Below, piece by piece: positions 39,290 through 46,912 of a stretch of 64,000 nucleotides of DNA. The DNA is from Christensenellaceae bacterium 44-20 (GTDB lineage: Bacteria > Bacillota > Clostridia > Christensenellales > Christensenellaceae), in contig JBCLQU010000001.1 in assembly GCA_041223705.1 (NCBI GenBank), forward strand, positions 1,094,054 to 1,158,053, given 5' to 3'. Each line of letters opens with the position of its first letter. Position 1 is the first letter of the stretch. Made by a program: the position numbers and the translations under genes. The notes beneath the pieces were generated by a model. It did not search any database. It was not told the DNA's origin and worked only from the letters and a program-made list of their open reading frames with translations.

Positions 39290-39811
39290 ATGGATGGATT
39301 ACAGGAGCGCACATTAAAAGCATATCAGGAACATTATGACGACTTGCTCAGATTTGCGCTTACGGTTTTAAAAGATGAATATGCGGCGCAAGAAGTTGTG
39401 CAGGATCTTTGCATTAAAATTTTAGAGAGGGACGATCTCTTCTCCAAAGTTCCAGAGGATCGCATCCGCCCCTATTTTATTCGGGCGATTCACCGCTCCT
39501 GCCTCAACCGCATCAAAGCAGAAAAGCCTACCGTCGCCATGCCGGAAGATATGGAAAACCTCTTGCCGTATGAAGATCCGAATCTGCTGGACGTCGGCCT
39601 GCGCGAGCTTTACGATCAGCTCACGGAAAATTGGCCGGAGGACGTCCGAAAAGCGTTTATTCTGCATGTCGTGGCAAAAGTTCCCTTAAAGGAAATCGCT
39701 CTTTCCATGGGCATCAAGCCCAATACGCTCAACCAGAGAATCAAGCGCTGGCGCAAGAAGCTGGATACCTCCCTTCTCCTCTTTTTATTGGCACTTACAT
39801 TTTTGGAGTAA
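39290..39811 (+). CDS. ECF-type RNA polymerase sigma-70 family factor
   Basis: Region 2 (YDDLLRFALTVLKDEYAAQEVVQDLCIKIL) and region 4 HTH (PLKEIALSMGIKPNTLNQRIKRWRKKL). It ends in a hydrophobic tail LLLFLLALTFLE. Confidence 0.8.
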   Translation: MDGLQERTLKAYQEHYDDLLRFALTVLKDEYAAQEVVQDLCIKILERDDLFSKVPEDRIRPYFIRAIHRSCLNRIKAEKPTVAMPEDMENLLPYEDPNLLDVGLRELYDQLTENWPEDVRKAFILHVVAKVPLKEIALSMGIKPNTLNQRIKRWRKKLDTSLLLFLLALTFLE

Positions 39812-39921
39812 AGTGTCATCTCGTCCCTTATTTTCTTGTCTATTAATTGGGTGCATCTTTACTTATTTTGCATCCAAAATGGGCACCATGAATTTAGTAA
39901 CGATGAAAAAGGAGGCAGCCT

Positions 39922-40827
39922 ATGGGAGACAGAAAAGAAAAAGCACTGGAGAGACTGATTTACGAGCATACGACGTTATTCTTCGCAGACGAGGATGCCC
40001 CTTTTATCCGCAGCGCTGCAGAAGCACAGCGGATTATCGATTCCGGCAAATGCGCCAGTTTCGCGACAACGCTTCGGCGCGCGATGTTTCTGGCGGATAT
40101 GACGGATGAAACCAAGGCCATGGCGCAGCGTCTTTTGCGGAAGGCCGAGCGCAAGGAGCGGCGGCATTCGCCAAAAGCAGTGCTCCGCAGAAAGGCAATT
40201 ATCGCCAGCATCGTCGCCGCGCTGATCTCCTTCTTTACTCTGGTTCCCCAGGGCCGGGCTATTGCAAAATCTGTGATTGACTGGGCGATTACCTTCTTTG
40301 ATAATGGAATCGTCATTGTCGAAAACCGTGAAAATAAGGATCCGTCGATTGTTTCTTTCGGCGCAGAAGCGGACAGCACGCCGCCTCCTATCGAATCCGG
40401 CGTGGATGTGAATACTGTAGATGATACCGAACATTATTACTATAATTCCATTGAGGAGTTTGTGCAAGAGCGCGGCAAAAACCCGCTGATTCTGGATAAC
40501 CCGGAAGCAAGGCTCAAGACATTACATTACAATAAGGATGATGAAATCGGGCTATCAGTTTTGGTCTCTATTTATGACTATCAAGGACATGAATTCACCT
40601 TGATTCAAGATTGGAGCGATACAGGTAGCCCAGTCGCATACTTCTTTGGAGAGAATGAGATTTTCTACAAAGATTACCAGGACAAGCAGATCATCTGCTG
40701 CATCGATACACGAGATGATACTGCGAATGGTGTGTTGATATTAGATGACTCTCAAGTTATAATTGGTTCAGAAAATCTTCCGGAACTCTGGGCGCTCTTC
40801 GATCAGCTGCGGCCCTATCATTCTTAA
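39922..40827 (+). CDS. putative anti-sigma factor (single-pass membrane protein, DUF4367-like C-domain)
   Basis: Immediately downstream of the ECF sigma gene. TM helix AIIASIVAALISFFTLV. Strong RBS AAGGAGG. Confidence 0.6.
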   Translation: MGDRKEKALERLIYEHTTLFFADEDAPFIRSAAEAQRIIDSGKCASFATTLRRAMFLADMTDETKAMAQRLLRKAERKERRHSPKAVLRRKAIIASIVAALISFFTLVPQGRAIAKSVIDWAITFFDNGIVIVENRENKDPSIVSFGAEADSTPPPIESGVDVNTVDDTEHYYYNSIEEFVQERGKNPLILDNPEARLKTLHYNKDDEIGLSVLVSIYDYQGHEFTLIQDWSDTGSPVAYFFGENEIFYKDYQDKQIICCIDTRDDTANGVLILDDSQVIIGSENLPELWALFDQLRPYHS

Positions 40828-40839
40828 CTCAAAACAATA

Positions 40840-40880
40840 AAACGGGCAGGGGAATCCCTGCTCGTTTTATTGTCTCTGCA
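40840..40880 (+). terminator. rho-independent terminator after the anti-sigma gene
   Basis: ACGGGCAGGG-GAAT-CCCTGCTCGT followed by TTTATTGTCT. Confidence 0.55.
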
Positions 40881-41230
40881 TATTCTGGCAATGCTTTTCA
40901 AGCTATCGTCCTAGCACCAATGCTTTTAGGGCGATGCCCCTCCTTTCATGCCGTCTTTTCTCTGCATTTGGTCCATGAAAAAAAGCCGGAAAGGGCGGGA
41001 AAACCACAGCCGATGTGCTTCCCTTTCTCCTCTCTCTTTCCTGCGCTTTGCGCCAAAAGGGGCTCCTGCGCCGGCTTCCCGCCAAAGCAGGAGCCCTTCA
41101 TGCAGATACCGCAGCTTGCCACCTAACAGCGCCTCATCCCCTGCCCAGCTATTTTCCCGCTTCATCCCGCAAGCCTGCCCCAGCGCGCCATCTCAGGCGC
41201 ATAGCACATTTGCCAACCGCCTTTCCAAAC

Positions 41231-41265
41231 CAAAAGGCCAGGCTATCTTTCCAGCCTGGCCTTTT
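41231..41265 (+). terminator. orphan plus-strand rho-independent terminator closing an ORF-free region
   Basis: GGCCAGGCT-ATCTTTCC-AGCCTGGCC followed by TTTTTCTTTC. No plus-strand CDS precedes it. Confidence 0.6.
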
Positions 41266-41289
41266 TCTTTCAGAGCTATATTTTTTGCA

Positions 41290-41320
41290 CCAAATAAAAG
41301 AACGCAGAGCAGATGCTCTG
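41290..41320 (-). terminator. rho-independent terminator of the small secreted-protein gene
   Basis: AACGCAGAGC-ATCT-GCTCTGCGTT followed by CTTTTATTTGG on the minus strand. Confidence 0.6.
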
Positions 41321-41395
41321 CGTTCAGTCCCCTCCCATAAGGGCTGCTATGCCTGGGAGGAGCTCAATCTAAAAAGATTGATTGGAAAGGCTAAG

Positions 41396-41806
41396 TTAAA
41401 TCACACGAGTTGCACTTGTCTGACCCGTGCCATTAGAGTCAGTCGCATATCCTCTGACGGTATAAGTGCCGGAGGAGAGGCTTCTCGTGCTGGTCTTCGC
41501 TGTTACAGTACCCGTTCCGCTCTTCGCTCCCTGGCCGATCTGCCCGCCATCCTTATAGAGATAGACGCTGACCGAGATGTTCCCAGCACCGTTTCCCGTG
41601 GCCCAAGCATAATAATTGCTCCCGGAGGTATTCGTCAGGCCGCAGGAGACGCTTGGCACTATTCTTGGCTCAATCACATTTCCGTCTCCATCCACTGTGA
41701 AGCTATATTCAAACAGCAGTTCAGCGGGTGCCGCAGAGACCGTCCCCAGCGTCATCACCATCAGGCAGATGACACAGAGCAACAACGCAAAAAACTTTCT
41801 TTGCAC
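41396..41806 (-). CDS. small secreted Gly/Ser/Thr-rich protein (signal peptide; unknown function)
   Basis: 136 aa. Signal peptide with an AxA-like cleavage site (TVSAAPAE). Beta-rich Gly/Thr/Ser composition. GTG start after GGAGG. Local GC is lower than the flanks. Confidence 0.6.
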   Translation of the reverse strand: MQRKFFALLLCVICLMVMTLGTVSAAPAELLFEYSFTVDGDGNVIEPRIVPSVSCGLTNTSGSNYYAWATGNGAGNISVSVYLYKDGGQIGQGAKSGTGTVTAKTSTRSLSSGTYTVRGYATDSNGTGQTSATRVI

Positions 41807-41994
41807 TTATTTTTTCCTCCAAAATAGTTCTTCTGGGGTAGCTCCCGTATATAAGACAATTCAGCGAGGCGGAAAGTGACACTGATATTAGAAAAAATGT
41901 AAAAATTTTCCATATTTTCCTCAATGCCTTGTCCCAGCCAGAAAAACCAGTTTGGAAGGAACGGCGATAGTCAGCCAAAAAGCGCTTCTTTGCC

Positions 41995-42396
41995 CTACGC
42001 TCCGCGCTTCTCTTCTTCAGCTTCATCGGCCTCCTGAAAATACTCCTCTGGCTCGGAAAGTGAAGTAACCAGGAGATTGACCTGATCCAAAAATTGCCTT
42101 CTCTGGGGCAAAGAGAGTTTGCTGACGGCCAGGGCGATCAGCATAATCGCGCGGGTAATCTGCACTTTCTCTTCTTCCATAGAGTTTTTGAGCAGCGCCA
42201 GCGGCGGGACATCCAGCCCCTTTGCGATGAGCTCCAGCGTGCGCAGCGTCGGGTTTGCATTGCCGCGCTCAATCTCCCGATACCCCGAGACGCTGATATC
42301 GATCCGCTCCGCAGCTTCCATCTGCGTGATGCCCAGCGTTTTGCGCAAAACCTTCAAATTTTCTCCAATCAGCTTGCAGGAATTCTTTTCTGCCAT
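41995..42396 (-). CDS. XRE-family helix-turn-helix transcriptional regulator
   Basis: N-terminal Cro/C1 HTH (LRKTLGITQMEAAERIDISVSGYREIERG) with an acidic C-terminus. Confidence 0.85.
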   Translation of the reverse strand: MAEKNSCKLIGENLKVLRKTLGITQMEAAERIDISVSGYREIERGNANPTLRTLELIAKGLDVPPLALLKNSMEEEKVQITRAIMLIALAVSKLSLPQRRQFLDQVNLLVTSLSEPEEYFQEADEAEEEKRGA

Positions 42397-42565
42397 CCAT
42401 TTTTCCTCTTTCTTCTCTTTTCTCGCGTATTTTTACAAAATGAAATGCAACACATCGTAGTTCTTTAGCGTATAAAAATACCCCTCTATCATATAAGAGG
42501 GGTTTAGAGGATAAAAAGTGACACTTTCCGCGTGTTTTTCTCATTTTTTAGCTAATATAGTGTAT

Positions 42566-43078
42566 TTACTTCTCACCGGGCCTTTGGGAACACAGCGTTT
42601 TCAGATAATCTTCCGCCTGCCCCCGGGAGTGAAAGGTAAAAATATCCCGGCCGTTTTGATACTGCTCCAGCAGATCGTAAATCTGCGGAAGCTGGTCTTG
42701 GGGGAAATCCAAAATCCACTGTCTGAACTCTTCATCAAACTCCTGCTCCACCCAAGGCATATCCTCCCGCTTTTTGCCGATGCGCGCCGCCGCGCCGGCC
42801 AGGCAGAGCTCCAGCGGATAATCCAGCAGAAAGACGGTATCGCAGGCCTTTAGGCGCATTTCCAGCGTATGCGCATAGTTGCCGTCGATGATCCAGCGCT
42901 CCCCGCGCATGATTTCTTCCAGCTTCCTGGCAAACTGCTCCCGGGAAATGCTGCTGCCATCCCTCTTATGCCAGATCATATCCAGATAATAGAGCGGCAG
43001 GGCCGCCGCGTCCCGCAGTTTTCGGGCAAACGTGCTTTTGCCGGCCCCGGGGCTTCCGATGACGATGGCTCTTTTCAT
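42566..43078 (-). CDS. P-loop NTPase (AAA/topology-modulation FlaR-like adenylate-kinase fold)
   Basis: Walker A GSPGAGKST. 170 aa. Confidence 0.75.
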   Translation of the reverse strand: MKRAIVIGSPGAGKSTFARKLRDAAALPLYYLDMIWHKRDGSSISREQFARKLEEIMRGERWIIDGNYAHTLEMRLKACDTVFLLDYPLELCLAGAAARIGKKREDMPWVEQEFDEEFRQWILDFPQDQLPQIYDLLEQYQNGRDIFTFHSRGQAEDYLKTLCSQRPGEK

Positions 43079-43139
43079 AGCTCCTCCTGATAAACAAAGC
43101 CGCTCTGCAAAGGCAAAGCGGCCTCACGGCCTAAGCGCG

Positions 43140-43664
43140 CTAATCCAGCAGGGTTTCAAAGGTTTTGGCATAAACGGCCAGGGCGTTTTCCCGCCATTTC
43201 TTGCAATAGCGATCCGCCTCCTCCTTGCTGGCCGCAAAGAAACTGACCTCGAACACTGTGATGTCGTTTTCCAGCAGCCGCAGGTTCACGCGGTACTGCT
43301 CGTCCGAAATGCGCATATAGTCGGTATAGAGCTGGGAATCCAGGCGGATATCTTCCCGGTGATTTTGGCAGTATTCCTCGATTTTGGTGCGCAGGGAATA
43401 GAGCAGTTCTTTGCGGAAGAAATCCAGCGTGGTTTTGCCGATATCCGAGATGGTATAGAACGCGCCGTTGACCGAATCGCTCTGCTCGGCCAGGTGGTTT
43501 TCCACCAGATCGTGCAGGGCGGAATTGAGATCGAAGTAATCCATCAGGGCCAGCTCGCCGCAGGCCAGAATCAGCCGCATATCCGAAACCCGGTATTCGG
43601 CACATTCCAAAATATAGAGAATCAGCAGTTTATTCACTGCAATGTTGCTTTTTTGCGTTTTCAT
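43140..43664 (-). CDS. hypothetical protein (possibly DUF4364-like)
   Basis: 174 aa, soluble, no recognisable motifs. The family name is a guess from memory. Confidence 0.5.
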   Translation of the reverse strand: MKTQKSNIAVNKLLILYILECAEYRVSDMRLILACGELALMDYFDLNSALHDLVENHLAEQSDSVNGAFYTISDIGKTTLDFFRKELLYSLRTKIEEYCQNHREDIRLDSQLYTDYMRISDEQYRVNLRLLENDITVFEVSFFAASKEEADRYCKKWRENALAVYAKTFETLLD

Positions 43665-43717
43665 GATATGATTTTACCATAGACAGCCTGTGGAATCAAC
43701 GGAGGAGGAAGGGCGCG

Positions 43718-44422
43718 ATGCTGGAGCAGATTCGCCAAAGACTGCGCTACGAAGGGGCAGATGCCGTGAGCGCGGCGTATCTAAAAAATTTTCTGCCGGA
43801 AAATTTGCGGCATTTGCCCTATGGCATTTCCGTGGAAATACGGCTTTCCCGGGCGATCGTCGCGCAGATTGAGCATGACAGAGCCCCCAGCCACACGTAT
43901 TTTCACAACTACCGCACGCTCAACGCCATGCTGGATCGCTGCACATTTCTCGCCGTTTCGCTTCTGCAAAGCGCGGGATACCAGGCCATCGCCGTGCCTG
44001 CCTCGCAGACAGTGGATAGAGAGCGCATCGCCGGGCTCATCTCGCACAAGCTGGCGGCGGCAGAGGCCGGGCTGGGCCGCATTGGCCGCAACGCACTTTT
44101 TATCTCCAAGGATTTCGGGCCCGCCGTGCGCCTGGCGACGGTTCTGACGGACTGCCCCGTCTGCGAGGCGCGTTCCTTCCGGCAGGAAGGCGAGGGTTGC
44201 GGGAACTGCCATGCCTGCGTTTCGGCCTGCCCTGCCGGCGCCATTTCCGGCCGGGAATATGAGCCGGGGCTGCCGCGGGAGGAGTTTTTCGACGCCGAGT
44301 GCTGCAGTAAATATATGAAAAAAAGTTTTCAGATGATCGGCCGCGGGGCGGTCTGCGGCATCTGCATGTCGGTATGCCAAAAAATATGGGAGGAAAAATT
44401 TCAGAAAAACCTTGAAAAATAA
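43718..44422 (+). CDS. 4Fe-4S cluster protein related to the catalytic core of epoxyqueuosine reductase QueG (lacks the N-terminal DUF1730/cobalamin part)
   Basis: GLGRIGRNALFISKDFGP...CGNCHACVSACPAGAI resembles the QueG Fe-S region. RBS GGAGGAGGAAGG. Confidence 0.6.
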   Translation: MLEQIRQRLRYEGADAVSAAYLKNFLPENLRHLPYGISVEIRLSRAIVAQIEHDRAPSHTYFHNYRTLNAMLDRCTFLAVSLLQSAGYQAIAVPASQTVDRERIAGLISHKLAAAEAGLGRIGRNALFISKDFGPAVRLATVLTDCPVCEARSFRQEGEGCGNCHACVSACPAGAISGREYEPGLPREEFFDAECCSKYMKKSFQMIGRGAVCGICMSVCQKIWEEKFQKNLEK

Positions 44423-44439
44423 AAAATCTCGTGTATAAT
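44412..44439 (+). promoter_or_regulatory. promoter for the tRNA-Val/tRNA-Gln unit (-35 TTGAAA, 16 nt, -10 TATAAT with upstream TG)
   Basis: Near-consensus hexamers 15 nt upstream of the mature tRNA-Val 5' end. Confidence 0.55.
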
Positions 44440-44453
44440 AGATAATGCTACGC

Positions 44454-44530
44454 GGGATTATAGCTCAGTTGGTCAGAGCGCTACGTTGACATCGTAGAGG
44501 TCGTTGGTTCGAGCCCAATTAATCCCACCA
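44454..44530 (+). tRNA. tRNA-Val (anticodon GAC), CCA-encoded
   Basis: Manual cloverleaf: acceptor GGGATTA/TAATCCC, D stem GCTC/GAGC, anticodon stem CTACG/CGTAG with loop TTGACAT, T arm GTTGG-TTCGAGC-CCAAT, discriminator A, CCA. Confidence 0.9.
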
Positions 44531-44720
44531 AACCTGGGGTGCTGGTTATGTTCCATTTTTGACCCACACTTTGTAAAAGGGTTTTTGAGTCCGGCGGCTG
44601 GGAATGCAGGCCAGAATTTATTTTGGAAGCACAAAGGCTGCGGCAGATTACCCACCTGCCTTTGGCGGGTTACAAAAAGGGGCAGACGACACCTCCGGGG
44701 TCATTTTAAAAATTAAATAA

Positions 44721-44794
44721 AGCCGAATTGTGTAACGGTAGCACCTACGACTCTGACTCGTATTGTCTAGGTTCGAATCCTAGTTCGGCTGCCA
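44721..44794 (+). tRNA. tRNA-Gln (anticodon CUG), CCA-encoded
   Basis: Acceptor AGCCGAA/TTCGGCT, anticodon stem TACGA/TCGTA with loop CTCTGAC, T arm CTAGG-TTCGAAT-CCTAG, discriminator G, CCA. Confidence 0.85.
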
Positions 44795-44796
44795 CA

Positions 44797-44830
44797 ACGG
44801 AGCAAAGTTCGCTTTGCTCCGTTTTTCTTT
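44797..44830 (+). terminator. rho-independent terminator after tRNA-Gln
   Basis: CGGAGCAAAG-TTCG-CTTTGCTCCG followed by TTTTTCTTTT. Confidence 0.8.
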
Positions 44831-45209
44831 TGCAAAGAAAAACACATCCCTCCCCCTTGCTCTTCCTCCTCCGCAGAAAGCATAGCTGCACTTCCGGGCA
44901 AAAATATTCGCTCACCCCCCTGCCCGGTTTTGCGCTCCGCTTGTTGCGGCTGTGCGCCTCACGCTGCAATCAGAAAATCAGAGGATTCAAGTTCTGTGGT
45001 TACTCCGTTTTTTCATATTTTGCGCCCTGCCCGGAAAAGCCAAGCCGGTTTTTTATGCAAAAGCGCGCTTTATCACACCCGCCGTCTGATGGCCGTATCA
45101 TCACGCGGTTTGCAGCAGGCCGGAGCAAGACCGAAGTTTTCATTTCTTCCTATATAAATCCTCATATTTATGGTATACTTCACTTATCGAAAACTTGGAG
45201 AAAAACACG

Positions 45210-45584
45210 ATGAAAAGAGAACTTGGAATCGCCCGGTGCGGGCTGGCCTGCTGCCTATGTTCTGAAAATGAACACTGCCGCGGCTGTAACTCCGGAGACT
45301 GCCCCGATAAAGAGTGGTGCGAAAACCGAAGCTGCTCATTGGAAATGGGATTGGAGCATTGCTTTTCCTGCAAGGTGGACTGCAAAAAAGGGCTTCTCTC
45401 AAAAATAAAACCCTATGGGTTTACTGTATTTGCAAAAAGATATGGTATTGAGGCGCTGCTGGACTGCCTCGAGCGCAACGAGAAAAAGGGGATTCTCTAT
45501 CATCGGCAGGGTATTCTCGGCGATTACGATGATTTCGATGATGTTGAGGCGCTGATTGCGTTTATACAGACGGGCGAGCATTAA
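45210..45584 (+). CDS. DUF3795-like cysteine-rich small protein
   Basis: 124 aa from the ATG at 45210 (RBS GGAG). Has the CGLACCLCSENEHCRGCNSGDCPDKEWCENRSC pattern typical of DUF3795. Confidence 0.6.
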   Translation: MKRELGIARCGLACCLCSENEHCRGCNSGDCPDKEWCENRSCSLEMGLEHCFSCKVDCKKGLLSKIKPYGFTVFAKRYGIEALLDCLERNEKKGILYHRQGILGDYDDFDDVEALIAFIQTGEH

Positions 45585-45749
45585 ACTGCGGCTTGTCCGG
45601 CTTTGAGCAAGGGACGGTTTTGATGCTCTTCTATTGAAGAGAGGATGTGTTTTGCCGCGCGCGGTTTTTCATTGGCAGAAAAGCGCAACTACCCCTGCTG
45701 AGGGGGAAGGATTTGAACCTGCGCCGCAGAGTTCTGATTCTGCCGGCAC

Positions 45750-45785
45750 CAAAAAAGGAGCGATTTTTCGCTCCTTTTTCTTATT
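45750..45785. terminator. bidirectional terminator between convergent DUF3795 gene and folC
   Basis: AGGAGCGA-TTTTT-CGCTCCT flanked by an A-run and a T-run. Confidence 0.7.
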
Positions 45786-45792
45786 TTCACTT

Positions 45793-46896
45793 CTACGCGC
45801 CGACCCGATCCAACACTTCGCCGGCCAGATAGAACGAGCCGGCCACAACCAACAACGCGCCCTGCTCTTTCGCCTTGCTCTGCGCCAGCTCCAGCGCCGC
45901 ACAAAGATCCGGCTGAGCCTGGCCGCCCGGGAAGAGCGCCGCAAGACTCTTCGCACTGCGCGCCCGAGGGTCTTGCACCTGCGTCGCAATCACCTGCGCG
46001 CCGCGCTTTTGCGCGATTTCGCTCAAAACCGAAATATCCTTTTCGGCCATGGCCGCAACCAGCAAGACCAGCTTTCTATCCGCAAACCGCGTCTCCAGCG
46101 TCGCCTGCAGTTCCCGCAGAGCGCCTTCGTTGTGCGCGCCGTCGATGAGCATATCCTGCTCCTTCAGATACTGCTGGCGCGCCGGAATCGCGGTGTTTGC
46201 AATGCCCTGGCGCACATGCTCCGGCGTGATGAAAATGCCCACATGCGAGAGCGCCCGGGCGGCAATGGCCGCCGTCGCCGCGTTGAGCGGCTGCATCTTC
46301 CCCAGAAGTTTGGTCTCAAGGCCGGTATATTCCTGGTAATCGAACGTGCCGTCCTCATGCCAGGCGATCTCCTCCGGATCCGAGAAGATGAGCCGGGCGT
46401 TTTGCAGCTGGCTGGTTACTTCAATAATTTTGCGCACGCTGGGCTGCTGGGGCATGGAGACGACATAGCCCTGATAGCCGATGGTCGCGCACTTTTCCAT
46501 GGCGATCTGCTCGATGGTATCCCCCAGCACCTGCATATGATCCATATCGATGGTGGTGATGACCGTCTCATCCATTTTATAGCGGCTGACGGGATCCAGC
46601 CGGCCGCCCAGCCCGGTCTCCAGCACGGCGATCTCCACGCCCTGCTCCTCAAAATACTGCATACAAGCCTGCGTATAGCGCAAAAACACATGCTTCTCCG
46701 GCTCCCGGCCGCCCAGCAGGCGATCGAACTCCTGCCGGGAGATCTGCACGCCGTCGATGGCGATGCGCTCTTCTTTTTTCTGCACATGCGGGGAGGTATA
46801 CAGCCCGGTCTTATAGCCCGCCGCCGTTAGGATATTGGCGAGATATGTGCAGACGGAGCCTTTTCCATTCGTCCCTACAACCTGAATTTTCCGCAT
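45793..46896 (-). CDS. folC: bifunctional folylpolyglutamate synthase/dihydrofolate synthase
   Basis: Mur-ligase P-loop VVGTNGKGS near the N-terminus. The conserved valS-folC order supports the call. RBS AAGAGGAAG. It is shorter at the N-terminus than typical FolC. Confidence 0.85.
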   Translation of the reverse strand: MRKIQVVGTNGKGSVCTYLANILTAAGYKTGLYTSPHVQKKEERIAIDGVQISRQEFDRLLGGREPEKHVFLRYTQACMQYFEEQGVEIAVLETGLGGRLDPVSRYKMDETVITTIDMDHMQVLGDTIEQIAMEKCATIGYQGYVVSMPQQPSVRKIIEVTSQLQNARLIFSDPEEIAWHEDGTFDYQEYTGLETKLLGKMQPLNAATAAIAARALSHVGIFITPEHVRQGIANTAIPARQQYLKEQDMLIDGAHNEGALRELQATLETRFADRKLVLLVAAMAEKDISVLSEIAQKRGAQVIATQVQDPRARSAKSLAALFPGGQAQPDLCAALELAQSKAKEQGALLVVAGSFYLAGEVLDRVGA

Positions 46897-46912
46897 TTTT
46901 CTTCCTCTTAGT

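Noticed and set aside
40948-41340. 130-aa ORF in the ORF-free region
   Set aside because: Extreme Ser/Pro/Ala/Arg low complexity and no RBS. The region is more likely non-coding (see finding).
45691-45750. tRNA-like fragment: minus-strand GGTTCAAATCC T-loop 11-mer with partial T-stem and acceptor-like CCCCTCA
   Set aside because: A full cloverleaf cannot be folded (no matching 5' acceptor or D arm). It does not duplicate the 3' ends of the nearby tRNA-Val/Gln, so it is not a convincing att-site remnant. It overlaps the folC/DUF3795 terminator.
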